From Lama guanicoe (taxonomy: Eukaryota): DNA of 64,000 bases. A program made the translations under genes and the position numbers. Where the stretch lies: positions 9,071,231-9,135,230 of the forward strand of contig MU054187.1 in assembly GCA_013239625.1 (NCBI GenBank). Reading direction: 5' to 3'. The stretch's first letter is position 1. Each line of letters starts with the position of its first letter. This document shows positions 25,101-37,617 of this stretch, one piece after another. The notes under the pieces were generated by a model, which was not told the origin of the DNA, did no database searches, and saw nothing but the letters and a program-made list of their open reading frames with translations.

Positions 25101-26699
25101 ACCACTACTTGTGCATAAATATATATCAAAATATTTATAACACAGATATTAAAGAAGAAAAATACTAATCTCCACAGACTGGCCAAATTTAAAAAGAAAA
25201 CTATGAATAAGGATGGCAACTGTCAATAGCTACTCCCCTCTCCAAACCAATCAGAGAAGAAGCACAAAAAATTTCTGAAGTTGTATGTAAGGCACACTGA
25301 ATAGCAGTATCTCATCTCCACATATAGTATTGGAAAGGAGAGAAGCAGATAGAGAAAGGATTTTGAGATCTCCACTGTGTTAGGCATGAGGAATATAATG
25401 TAAATGGACATTGTCCTTCCCTTCACACAGCTCAGATTTTTGTAAGGGCTAAAAACAATCAGAGTAACAACTACAATTACAAGTAAATATAAGATGCTTT
25501 GAATACGAAGTGTGACACCTAACCCAGGATTTGGCAGTATCTAAGAAGACTACTGGGAAACAGTGACATGTAATCTGATCCTTGAATGATGCCTAAGAGT
25601 TTGTTGTACAAGAGGCAGGGGAAAGTGCTTCAGGTAGAGAAAAAGTAGTATGTGCAAGTATCAGAGGTAAGCAAAATCACAGCCAACTAAGTTCAATAAA
25701 TGATGGGGTAACTGGTAATGTACTAAGCGCCCCCATCATGACAACAAGAAAGCGAGGCTTTCAATATGAAACAGTTTCCAGGTGTTAGACAACAAGGAGC
25801 ACAGGACCTTGATCTCTGTGAGAAGAAACAAATAAGGTGAACCTTGTAATTGCCCAGGTTTCTTAAAGGCAGTTACCAAACCCTGAAGCAGAAGAAAGTA
25901 ACCCTGCAGAGCAAGTAGTCTCACAAAGCTGCAACTGGAATTCTGGGAGGCTACAGCACTTGGATTTTGCAGGGCTGAGTACAACAGAAGAGCTATGAAG
26001 ACAACAGGCTCCCGAAGTCTGAAAGTGGGTCTCCTTGAGTCCTCAGTTGAATACTAAGCTAGGCCTGTATAGGATGAGATTCCATACGGCTGGGAAAAGA
26101 ACTACCAGGGAAAGAACAATTTACAGGGGAATTAGGAGACATTTGGGTCCCAACCAACTACAGCGAAGAGCTCTCACAGAGTACCTGGGACATTCCATAC
26201 AGACTCCAGAAATGCCATAGCATAGGAGAAGGGCAAAAGTAGCCCATCAATGCCAGAAGTTCTACTGGACAGAACTGTTTTGGACCCATGTTAACAATGC
26301 TTAATCTGCCTAAAAGGGTCAGGGTGATCCATCAGTAACTAAATTGCTTGCCAGATCAAAACTCAACACTCTTTTAAAGATGACAAATGAAAAATAACAA
26401 ATTAGGAGAATAAACAAGAAAATGCAACCCCCAAACCAGGGGTGGGGGGAGGGGAGTCAATAAAAACAAACCTAGAAATGAACAAGATGAAGGAATTAGC
26501 AGATAAGGACTTTGAAAATGTTGTAAATGCATCCAAAGATTGAAAGGAAAACATGCACACTATGAAAAAAGAAACTGAAACCAACAAAAACAGATTACCT
26601 ATAGCTGAAAAATACATCTAAGATAAAAATTCACAATTAGGCTTAATAGCAGACTAAATGCTATAGAACAGATCAACAGAAATTACCTAAACATCTTCC

Positions 26700-26849
26700 A
26701 AATTCCAGATTCCTCCCCTAGAGCCTTTAGAGAGAGCATGCTGACACCTTTCTGACTCATAGCATCCAGAACTATGAGGATAAATTTCTGTTACTTTAAG
26801 CTACGTAGTTTGTAATACTTTGTTTTGGCAGCCCTTAGAAACTAACACA
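26700..26849 (+). mobile_element. MaLR MLT1 LTR 3' fragment
   Basis: CCAGAACTATGAGGATAAATTTCTGTTACTTTAAGC...GGCAGCCCTTAGAAACTAACAC. Confidence 0.8.
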
Positions 26850-27987
26850 CGTTTATGGATTGGAAGGTTCAATAGTGCTGTCAATTCTCTTCATGTTAAT
26901 TGATGAAGCCAACACAATCTCAATTAAAATTCCAGTACGCTTTTTGCAAAAAAATTGACAAGCAAATTCTAAAATTTATATGGAAACACAAAAGATCTAG
27001 AACAGGCAAAATGTTTTACGAAAAAAAAAAAAAAGATTGGAGGACTTACACTATCTGATTTCAGGACTTCTTTTAAAGCTACAGTAAACCAGACAGTATG
27101 GCTTTTACATAAAGGCAGACAAAGAGCAACAGAACTGAACAGAGTTCAGAAAGGGACTCACACTTACGCAGTCAGTCAATACTTGACAAACGTGCCAAAG
27201 TAATTAAGGGAAAGTGTAATCTTTTCAACAAATGGCACTGGAAAAACTATATAAACTTATGAAAAAAATCTCATCACAATCTTACGCTATACAAGAAATC
27301 AACATAGATCACTATCTATAAACATAAAGGCTAAAATAATACAATTTCTAAGAAAAAGTATGAAAATGTATTCATGATTTTAGGTTAAGATTTCTAGGTA
27401 CAAAAACAGCAATCACAAAAGAAAAAAATACATTGATTATTCTTAATTATAATTAAAAACTTCTCTTTGAAAGACAGTGTTAAGATATGAAAAAGAAACC
27501 ACAGACTCAAATGTCTGCAACACATACATCTGACAGTTTATATACAGAACATACATGTATTTAAGACTCATAACTTAATAAGACAAATAATTCAACTTAA
27601 AAATATAGGCTAAAGCCTTGAACAGACAAGTCACAACAGAAAATATACAAATAGCTAATACATATAAGAAAAGATGTGCAACATGTTTAATCGGAGAAAC
27701 GAAAATTAAAACCACAAGATACCACTACACACTCAAGAGAATGGCTAAAATTAAAAAGACTGATAACATCCAGCATTGGGATGTGGAGCAATCAGAACTC
27801 CCTGCAAGTGAAATATGTGTTCCCAAAATGACCTGAACATGAATGTTCATAGCTTTACACAAAATCCACGTGTACCTCAGGGATATTGTGCGTTCAGTTC
27901 CAGACCACTGCAATAAAGCAAATGTTATATAATAAAGCAAGTCACATGAATTTTTAGGTTTCCTAAGACATACAAAAGTTATGTTTA

Positions 27988-28518
27988 AAATGTCCACTAA
28001 CAGATGACTGGATAAAGAAGCTGTGATCTACTTATACAATGGAATACTACTCAGCCATAAAAAAGAATAAAATAATGCTATTTGCAGCAACATAGATAGA
28101 TCTGGAAATCGTCATTCCAAGTGAAGTAAGCCAGAAAAAGAAAAATACCATATGATATCATTCAAATGTAGAATCTAAAAAAAGAAAAAATAAAGACACT
28201 AATGAACTTATCTACAAAACAGAAAAAGACTCACAGACATAGTAAGCAAACTTATGGGTACTGGAGGAAAAGGGTGTGGGAAGGGATAAACTGGGAGTCC
28301 AAGATTTGCAAATATTAACTACTGTATATTAAATAGATAAACAAGTTTCTTCTGTGTAGCACAGGGAAGTATATTCAATATCCTGTAGTAACCTATAATG
28401 AAAAAGAAAATGAAAATGAATATATGTGTGTATATGTATGACTGAAACATTATGCTGTACACCAGAAATTGACACATTATAAACTGACTATACTTCAATT
28501 TTAAAAAGTCAAAAAAAT
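27988..28518 (+). mobile_element. 5'-truncated lineage-specific L1 with 14-bp TSD
   Basis: TSD AAAAGTTATGTTTA at 27974-27987 and 28519-28532; L1 ORF2 end/3' UTR (GGAATACTACTCAGCCATAAAAAAGAATAAAATAATG). Confidence 0.92.
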
Positions 28519-28589
28519 AAAAGTTATGTTTATACTATACTGTGGTCTATTAAGTGTGCAATAGCATTATACCTTAAAAAACAATGTAA

Positions 28590-28715
28590 GGGGGAGGGTA
28601 TAAGCTCAAGTGGTAGAGCACATGCTTAGCATAGACAAGGTCCTGGGTTCAATCCCCAGTACCTCCTCTAAAAATAAGTAAGTCAACCTAATTACCTCCC
28701 CCAACAAAAAAAATT
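28590..28715 (+). mobile_element. tRNA-derived SINE (camelid vic-1-like)
   Basis: GGGGAGGGTATAAGCTCAAGTGGTAGAGC (A box) ... GGTCCTGGGTTCAATCCCCAGTACC (B box), A-rich tail, TSD core AACAATGTA at 28580-28588 and 28723-28731. Confidence 0.9.
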
Positions 28716-31194
28716 TTAAAACAACAATGTACATACCTTAATTTAAAATACTTTGTGGCTATAAAAACAACCATCATCTGACAAGGCAGAGTTGCCACAA
28801 ATCTTCAATTTGTAAAAAACACAGTATCTGCAAAATGCAATAAAATAAGATATGCCTGCAGTCAAAGCTGGTAACAACCCAAGTATCCAACAACTGATAA
28901 ATGGATAAATAAACTCTGGCATATCCATACAATGAAATACTGCTCAGCAATAAAATGAAACAAACTACTGATACGAGCAATGACATGGATAAACCTCAAA
29001 AAAGTGGCTAAGCAAAAAAAAAAAAAAATCAAGAAAAAAAGGCTACATTTTGTAGGATTTCTTTTATCTGAAGTCCGAGAACAAGCAAAAAAACCCAGTG
29101 ATTGTCTGGGGCAGGAGCTGGGGGAAATGACTGCAAAGGAACCTAAAGCAACCTGTGCGGGTAACTGAAGTGTACAAGATCCTGATTAGGGTATTAGCTG
29201 CGTGGGTGTAGATACTTTGTTAAAGCTCATCAAACTGTATAAATTCTATCTCAGTAAAATTTAATTACAAATATAGGAGCAAAATCTATCCCCTCCCACC
29301 CAGAGAGGAAGTTTAATACAGGTTGCAATGTAAAGTGAAGTTGGGAGTGGTGCATCGTTGAGACTACAGAAGTAATGAAGATTCTGTCAACTATTGAGGA
29401 TTCTGAATTGTATGGAAAATACAAAAGGAAACACTGAAAAGGCTTTATTTAGGTGAGTGATGCAAAATTATGTTTTGGAAAAAATACTTTTGGTCCCAGT
29501 GTGTGAAATGGATTAATCCCGTGGAAGACTTCAGTCTTCAGGAGATCTTTAGGAAGGCTGCTGCCTTAATCCAGAATGAGATGATGGCCTAGATGAGGGC
29601 AGCGGTCATGGGAATAGAGAAAGGTGATCAAGATTCAAGAGACTGATCTGCTCGGTTTCAGGAGGGGGTTAAGTGCCCCAGGGACAACCAAGTGGAACTG
29701 TCCATTCAGGAGTTGGGTTTGTGGTGGGCTAGAGACGGATTTGGGAGTAATCCGCTACTAATCAAGACCATATGGTGAAAAAGATTACTCAAGGAGAAAG
29801 GAGAAGATGCTTTAGGCTCAGAACAGGAAAGGACTGGGAGGGCAAAAGACCAACATTCACAAATACTAACTATTCCAACTAAACAGCACCCTCCCACATT
29901 GTTTTTTTCTCACACATAAATCTAAGTAACGTTCCTTTCCTCTTCTATTCCTATATTGTTAAAGCCAGTAAGAAACAGCTTTAAACAGAATACAAAAAGC
30001 AAGTGACAAGAAGGCCACTGCTCAACAAATCTCAAACTGAATCCCCTTGTAGGGCTCAGTTTCCTCCAGGCCTAAGCTGGAGAAAGAACTTTTTGTTCAG
30101 CCCCTTCCTCCAATCTAGGCTCCTTTATCCAGTTCCTTCATTAAATGAAAGCAAGATATAGCAGATAATACTAAAAATTCTTGCATCCAGTTCTGTAACA
30201 GACACTGATTTGGAAGGAGAAGCCAAGAATAAACTGTAGCTAACCAAGACAAAGCTTGTGCCCCTGTTATTATTATTATTATTTACTTAGTGGCAGCAAT
30301 GAATCAGGTTTAAGTAGTCTCTGAAATCACTTCCATTTCCAATAGCAGACTAGTTAAAAGAATGGACACTACCACTAAAAATAACTTAAAATGCTGTAAA
30401 ACACAGAAAATACCTACTGGAATGAATCCGTGAGCTGGGAAGAAAAAAAGGAATACTCAGGCAAAACCTAAGAAAAAGCAGGAATGCACAAAGGTAAGCA
30501 GAGTCCTGAAGCTGGCTCTCACTTCAAGGTCAAAGTAAAGTGAGTGAACCTGAACTTTGGGTTTTTCACAACCTCTTGGGCATATCATCAAACCAAAAGA
30601 GCCCAAAGCCCAGAGTCTGGCCAGAGCATAGGGCACTTCCCAGTAACTACTGCTAATGGAATACAATGAGCAGTAATAACTACATTCTGTGCTCATGTCA
30701 AAAAATAGCTTGAATCAAATCATATGCAGTTTGACAACCATCAGCTAGGAGAACATGATACAAATTTATGCAGGCTAGCAAAAAGGTTGCCAGCTTTTGG
30801 ATTTGCTACTATTTTGATTAACTTAATTGCAAAGGCAATTAAGACTCGTTAATGCTACCTTAAGGAGCTCTAACTAGAACAATGCATAAAAAGCAATTTG
30901 GTAAGGTTCAGGAAAAAAGAACTATTTTCTCTTAAATTACCACCATTTGTTTACATTTAATAAAATGAAGAGAACACGAAGGCTTCTGTACTTAGCATAT
31001 ATAATTATAATGTTTTGTTTAAAACAGAATAGGCAAAGAATTAAAAGGGCAAAAATAACTTTTAATTTACATTGAAGTACATGGTACTTCTTGTTCAAAA
31101 AAAATACTTTTATAACCAACATTCTACAAAGAAATTAAAACTTAATTTATATCATCTAACATCAACAAAACTCTCTCACTAAAAAGAAATTTTC

Positions 31195-31425
31195 TTCGTA
31201 AAGACAGAAAGTAGAACAGAGGTTACCAGGGGCTGGAAAAGAAGGGAATAGCAATTAGCGTTTAACAGGTGCATGGTTTCTGGGTGGCATGATGGGCAAG
31301 TTTGGCAAATGGAAAGCGGTGATGGTTGCACAACACTGTGAATGTACTTAATGCCACTGAAACGTAGACCTAAAAGTGGTTAAAATAATAATTTTATGTC
31401 AGGTGTATTTTAGCACAATAAAAAT
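31195..31425 (+). mobile_element. L1MB-like 3' terminal fragment
   Basis: AGACAGAAAGTAGAACAGAGGTTACCAGGGGCTGG...GATGGTTGCACAACACTGTGAATGTACTTAATGCCACTGAA. Confidence 0.85.
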
Positions 31426-31965
31426 ATGCATAGGAAAAGTATTTTCATCTAATTTTCCTCCAAGTTTGGAATTCTCTTAAGTTTGAAATTCATGCCAATA
31501 AATATCTTCTTAAAATTGGACCAAGGGAGCAGAAGCTTTGGATCATGTGATCGTGGGTTCAAATCTGAGGTCTCTCCTTCCTAATCATGAAGCCTTGATA
31601 AAAGTTCCATTCTGAAAGCCTCCGTTTCCTCCACTCAGATAATGAGAAAGTACTTGGGCATAAACAGACAGCTAAGGTATAAATAAAGATAATTCAGGAA
31701 TGTTACCAAGGTGTTCTTATCCAATTCTCTGACACAGTCCAAGTGAAGAACCATTAACTAAAATTTATAATAAGCCTTTAAAAATCATTTAACACCCTCT
31801 AACCAGAGCTTGAATATGTTCAGGCATATCAGAGACTTGATTCAAATTCTATAATGGTTTTCCCTTTCTGCAGGGCAGACATTAATCAACCTAGCTCCTA
31901 TTTAAATTGGCAGTTTCTCTAAGTTACAATGTGAGACAGTCATGGAATTTAAAAAAAAACAAACA

Positions 31966-33068
31966 GTAAGTAAAACAAAACTACAACCTACGGAATGGGA
32001 GAAAATATTTGCAAATGTTGAAACCAACAAAGGCTTGATCTCCAGAATATATAAGTAGCTCATACGACTTAATAAGAAAAAAACAAACAACCCAATTCAA
32101 AAATGGGCAGAAGACCTAAACAAGCAATTCTCCAAGGTAGAAATACAAATGATCAATAGGCACATGAAAAAATGCTCAGTATCACTAATTATCAGAGAAA
32201 TACAAATCAAAAGTACAATGAGGTATCACCTCACACCAGTTAGAACGGCCAGCATTCAAAAGCCCACAAATGACAAATGCTGGAGAGGCTGTGGAGAAAA
32301 GGGAACCCTCCTACACTGCTGGTGGGAATGCAGTTTGGTGCAGCCACTGTGGAAAACAGTATGGAGATTCCTCAAAAGACTAGGAATAGACCTACCATAT
32401 GACCCAGGAATCCCGCTCCTGGGCTTATATCCAGAAGGAACCCTACTTCAAAAAGACACCTGAACCCCAATGTTAACAGCAGCACTATTTACAATAGCCA
32501 AGACATGGAAACAGCCTAAATGTCCATCAACAGATGNNNNNNNNNNNNNNNNNNNNNNNNNNNNNNNNNNNNNNNNNNNNNNNNNNNNNNNNNNNNNNNN
32601 NNNNNNNNNNNNNNNNNNNNNNNNNNNNNNNNNNNNNNNNNNNNNNNNNNNNNNNNNNNNNNNNNNNNNNNNNNNNNNNNNNNNNNNNNNNNNNNNNNNN
32701 NNNNNNNNNNNNNNNNNNNNNNNNNNNNNNNNNNNNNNNNNNNNAAAAAAAAAAAAAAAAAAGAACACAAATACAGAACAGAAACAGATTCATAGACATA
32801 GAATACAAACTTGTGCTTGCCAAGGGGGCGGGGGGTGGGAAGGGACGGACTGGAAGTTCAAATTTTGTAGATACTGACAGGCATATGTAGAATAGATAAA
32901 CAAGACTATACTGTATAGCACAGGGAAATATATATAAGATTTTGTGGTAGCTCACAGTGAAACACAAATGTGACAATATATGTATGTTAATGTATAACTG
33001 AAAAATTGTGCTCTACACTGGAATTTGACACAACATTGTAAAATGATTGTAACTCAATAAAAATGTTT
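31966..33068 (+). mobile_element. Young 5'-truncated L1 (ORF2 C-terminus + 3' UTR), spans assembly gap
   Basis: ORF 32149-32463 is L1 ORF2 C-terminal domain (RYHLTPVR...[19 protein letters not shown]), ends at a premature TGA (32461) and continues in frame; AATAAA at about 33056; TSD-like A8-9CAAACA at 31951-31965 and 33069-33082. Confidence 0.93.
32537..32744. other. Assembly gap (208 N)
   Basis: Run of n characters inside a young L1. Confidence 0.99.
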
Positions 33069-33353
33069 AAAAAAAACAAACACATTAACTTACTCATTTT
33101 TTTTAAAGTTTGATCATAATACTCTCTTTTGCAAATAATTGTCAGTCATTACCCAATGGTAACAGTCCATTTTCAGCAGGCATTTAACAATCGGTCAGAA
33201 ATTTGCCCAAGTAGTTCAGAGTCGAAATCACAATTTTACTCCTTTAGGAAATCAGACGTGGCAGGTATAATAGGGGGGCGCTTAATCTTTAGTATCACAT
33301 AGTTCGTGCACCCTCACATGATACAAGTTATTCTTCTGATATCCTGTACTGTG

Positions 33354-33907
33354 TGTGGTATTATTATTGTTATTATTAGCTGTATATTATGGTGTTTTGA
33401 CATAAAAACCTTTCTGACTGGGGAGGCTGCACCTCCCAGGACTAGCCAACTCTTAAAGATGGCAAAGGCCCAACCAGAAGTATGTCTTTGATTATGCAAA
33501 CTAACCAATCCAGAGCCAGATCTCTATCAGACCCTTGCACTTCAAAAGGCCTTAATCATCCCAGGGCTAGGTACCAGGTAATTATGGACCACTCCTGTAG
33601 CCCAAAACTCACCGAAATTATTCAAATTAACCAGCCCTCAACTATTCACTCTGCCCTGCCTTGCCTTTCCCTGGGAAACCCCAGAGAAGGCCATGGCCTA
33701 ACTTGCCCCTTGCTCCTGCCTTCTGACCACCCTGGTGGTCTCCCACGTGGCCCTGTACGGTGCGCCAGGGCGCCTGTCTCTAGGACCTGAGAGTATAATA
33801 AACTGTTTCTTCGTGAGCTTTTCCATGTCTGCTCCCACGTGACTGACCATCTCACAAAAGGAGACAGAACATAACAACTGATTGAGAAAGTACAAAATAA
33901 CCTAACA
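33354..33907 (+). mobile_element. ERVL solo LTR, MER74-like
   Basis: TG...CA termini with 5-bp TSD CTGTG (33349-33353, 33908-33912); ATGCAAACTAACCAATCCAGAGCC motif; AATAAA at about 33797. Confidence 0.85.
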
Positions 33908-35397
33908 CTGTGAGTTCAGTAATGTTGATATGAGTTTTACTCAGTTAATCACAGCAGTATTATGTATGAGTTTATTTTTCCAAGTTTACTTACAAATACA
34001 TATGGATTCAAGAATCCCTTGCCAAACTCCCAGATTCCCCGGGGATTTGCCATTATCCACTAGGAACTACTGGGCAGGGGAAGATAAGGCCTGGTGAGTG
34101 TACACGTGCCCTTTCCCCTCTTCTCCACCCCAGACACACACACTTCTCCAAGAGACATGCCCCATTCAGTATGCCATCATACCTCTTTAAAAAGAGCTGA
34201 TAAAAGTGAGGAGGAAAAGCTGATGTGAAAAAGAAATGGTATGATAAGTAAACCTATATGATCAAGGTTAAAAGGAGGGCACTCCGAAGAGTAGAAGATA
34301 CTTACCCTCTCAGCAGACTGCAGACATGGACCTTATCATACATCCTTCCCTAGTCTACAGTCGGGTATTTTTTATTACCAAGAAGATACAGAAAACCAGC
34401 TTATATTTGTCTTTTATGGCACAAACTTAACCTTATTGTACCATTTTCACCCTATATGTACCCTAATTCCAACTAAATAATTTGCTCACCATTTCCGGAA
34501 CCGAGCCTGGACATTACCACTGCCACACCCGTACCCAACTCATTTCCTCCAGCTGGACTGAATTCCCTTCCACTTGGGAAAATCATGTCAGTTTTAACAC
34601 CTCCAAAATGTGGTCATATAAAGAGAAACATAAAATTCGGTCATTTTGCCATTCTAATGGCTTACTTCAAGATTTACCAAGGAAGCTTAAAAAAAAAATA
34701 AAACTAAGATAGGTAATTTGATATAGCTGAAAGATTTAATTTCTTGTATGAAAAATTAAGAGCCAGTTACATAAAGTACAGGCAGTTTACAACCGGTGAA
34801 TAAGATATATTTAAAGAGTTTCTTGTTTTGAACCTGGTGTATTCAATACAAACTGTTAGCAAAGCAAATAGTTGCTTTGCTAAATTGAGGTAATGTTTCA
34901 AGTACAGCTGATTTTCAAATTATGACTCCTGTTCACGGAAAAGTTTCTAAACTGTCCAGAAGAAAACAATTTTCAAAATTAGACAAGTAAACATCTCTGA
35001 AAGGCAATTATCACCTTCTCTACATACATACATACATACATAATTTACTTCCTGTATTTTCTTTACAGATTATTATGAGTCTTTCTTATATTACTTGTAA
35101 ACTGATAAAAGACTTCTGGAAGATAATTTGGCAATGCTTATCAAAGGGCTTTAAACTACACCTAACATTTTTAACTAGCCATATCACTTCTAGGAAATAA
35201 TCTTTAGGAAATTACCATAATGGACTGATTAGCTGATTACTAAAATGAAATATGGATACCTACAATAATTTAAAGTAAATGCTGTAAAAATACAAATGTT
35301 CTGTTTTCAAAAAGATTATAATTTAATTCTTGGATACTTTTAACTATTTCAAATTTGTAGTAAAAGTAATGCACATAATCCCTATGTAAATATGTAA

Positions 35398-35615
35398 ATA
35401 CACAGAGACAGAAGGTAGATTGCTGGCTGCAGGGGCTGGGGGAGAGAGGAGTGAGGAATGACTGCTAGTGGATAGTTTCTTTTTCAGGTGATGAAAGCTC
35501 TGAAATTAGATAGCAGTGAAGGTGTGCAATATTGCACAACTTTGTGAACGTACTAAAAACCACAGCATATATTTTAAAAGGGTGAGTTTTATGTTATGTG
35601 AGTCACTTCTCAAAA
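35398..35615 (+). mobile_element. L1MB-like 3' terminal fragment
   Basis: CACAGAGACAGAAGGTAGATTGCTGGCTGCAGGGGCTGGGG...GCACAACTTTGTGAACGTACTAAAAACCAC. Confidence 0.8.
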
Positions 35616-36182
35616 AATGCACACATTCAGACACTTAAAAATTTTAACTCTGGGAACTTCCACCAAAACATTAATTTATGCTGCCAGATTAACATATTTT
35701 CACACGTATCTTAAATTAGGCCATTCTCTGGCATTCCTGTATAAGGCTGACCGTTTCACACACGTGTTATTAATTAGCAAAGTTTGGGCTCTGAATTAAC
35801 CTTTTCTTTTTTCATTTGAGCCTGTGCATGGCTCCTCATGCAAAACTGTGCTCTACCAGAGCAACTAAACTCCTTAAAAAATGCAAGGTAAAGCTCAGGC
35901 GCATCTGTTCAGCATTTATTTTCATTAAAAGGAAGCAGTTTTATACTAACAGATGAACATATAAGAACACACTGCGGTTGCATACTACAATTTTAAAGCT
36001 TGCACAATTTTGGTGTACTTTTCTGACTTTATGTTTTTGACAAAGTGGACAGAATTTTAGGTATTATTACTGACTCTATTTGAAACAAATGTTTCTGACT
36101 ATTTTTCCTTCAAACTTCTGGATCATTACTTTAAAAATATTCTGAAACTGCAAGGGACGTTTTAAGTAAAACACTGTTAACA

Positions 36183-36690
36183 TTTTTTAAACAGCTTTCT
36201 GGAGATACAGTCCACAAATCATACAGTTCCCTTCATTAAATGCACAATGCAATGGTTTTTAGTATAGTCAACGATATGTGCAGCCATCACCACTGTTAAT
36301 TCAGTAACATTTTCATCATTGCAAAGAAACAGATTATTGTTTTTGTTTTCTTTGGATAAATACCCAGAAGTGGAATTGCTGGATCATACGACAGTTCTTT
36401 TTTTTAACCTTTTGAGGAATCCCCATACTGTTTTCCATAGCGGCACCAATTTACAGTCCCACCAGCGGTGCATAAGGGTTTCCTTTTCTCCCCATCCTCA
36501 CCAAGACTTGTTATTTCTTATCTTTTTGACGAAAATGATTCCAACAGGCACAAGGTGGTATTTCACTGTGGTTTTGATTTGCGTTTCTCTGATGACAATT
36601 AGTGATGCTGAGCATCTTTTCATGTGCCTGTTGGCCATCTGTACGTGTTCTTTGGAAAAATGCTTATTCGGGTCCTCCTTCCATTTCTTA
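36183..36690 (-). mobile_element. L1 3' end and ORF2 C-terminal fragment (antisense)
   Basis: TTGGATAAATACCCAGAAGTGGAATTGCTGGATCATA...GATGCTGAGCATCTTTTCATGTGCCTGTTGGCCATCTG. Confidence 0.85.
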
Positions 36691-36699
36691 CTCAGAAGT

Positions 36700-37222
36700 T
36701 TGTAATCAAAAAATATCTAGAAATAAATTCATTGAGGGGCTGAAAGACCTGTGCTCTGAAAGCTTAAGACTGCAGAAAGAAATTGAAGACAACACAAATA
36801 AATGGAAAGACAGACTGTGTCCACGGATTGGAAGAATTAATACTGTTAAAATGTCCATACTATTCAAAGCAATTTACAGATTCAATGCAATCCCTATAAA
36901 AATACCAATGGTATTTTTCACAGAACTAGAACAAATAATCCTAAAATTTGTATGGAACTACGAAACACCCCAAACAGCCAAAGCAATCTTGAGAGAGAAG
37001 AATAAATAAAGCTGGTGGTACCATACTCCCTGACTTAAAACCATACTACAAGGCTATAGTAATCAAAACAGTATGGTACTGGCACCAAGAGACACAGAGG
37101 TCAATGGAACAGAATAGAGAGCCCAGGAACAAACTCACGCACATGTGGTCAATTAATCTACGACAAAGGAGGCAAGAATACAGAACGGGGAAAAGAGAGT
37201 CTCTTCAGTAAATGGTATCAGG
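36700..37222 (+). mobile_element. L1 ORF2 fragment (sense), abutting the antisense L1 piece
   Basis: ORF 36602-37009 tail is L1 ORF2 ([10 protein letters not shown]...[27 protein letters not shown]). Confidence 0.88.
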
Positions 37223-37224
37223 AT

Positions 37225-37617
37225 ACACTGCCAATTATTGCCAGAGACCGAGTTAGAAATGGCCCCGAGAAAGACTCAGGTGTAATGCGAAACCTGTGGG
37301 GGAACCTCATGGGATGGGTATTTTTGTGCTTAAAATGATACAGAAGGGAAGAGACAGCCCTTTTCTTCCTCTGGAAGTTGTCATGTCTGGATACATGGAA
37401 CTATTAAAGCCACTCTGCAGCCACGTGCAACATGCTACAGACAGCAAAACAGAAGGAACCTGGCTCAGTAATGAGTATCCTGAGCTGCTGGATTAACCAA
37501 ATCTGGAGGCACTCAACCCTGAGTCTTCTTGGTAAGTCTCTTGTTTGAGGAAACTGGAATTTGGTTGTTTTGTTTTGTTTTTTGTTTTGCTACTTGCAAA
37601 TAAAAACACTCCAGCTG
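37225..37617 (+). mobile_element. Old MaLR LTR (MLT1J/K-like)
   Basis: GAAGGAACCTGG...GAGCTGCTGGATTAACC...TGCTACTTGCA motifs. Confidence 0.55.

Larger units (their letters stand above)
27867..28858 (-). mobile_element. Tigger1-derived MITE split by two retrotransposon insertions
   Basis: Ends match Tigger1 termini (TACCTCAGGGATATTGTGCGTTCAGTTCCAGACCACTGCAATAAAGC and GCAATAAAATAAGATATGCCTG). Confidence 0.85.
25740..29260 (+). mobile_element. Old L1M element (5'/ORF1 remnant, ORF2 remnant, 3' end) hosting nested insertions, flanked by antisense L2-like pieces
   Basis: ORF1-like 26460-26680; ORF2-like 26850-27860 (AAATTCTAAAATTTATATGGAA, ACCACAAGATACCACTACACAC); 3' UTR 28860-29260. Confidence 0.8.

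Noticed and set aside
28590..28665. tRNA-like sequence
   Set aside because: Imperfect cloverleaf, SINE tail and TSD indicate a SINE rather than a tRNA gene.
32149..32536. 104-aa ORF plus continuation with Cys/His-rich motif
   Set aside because: L1 ORF2 C-terminal remnant in a 5'-truncated copy with premature stops; not a host gene.
32448..32976. ORFs containing long X runs
   Set aside because: Artefacts of the N gap.
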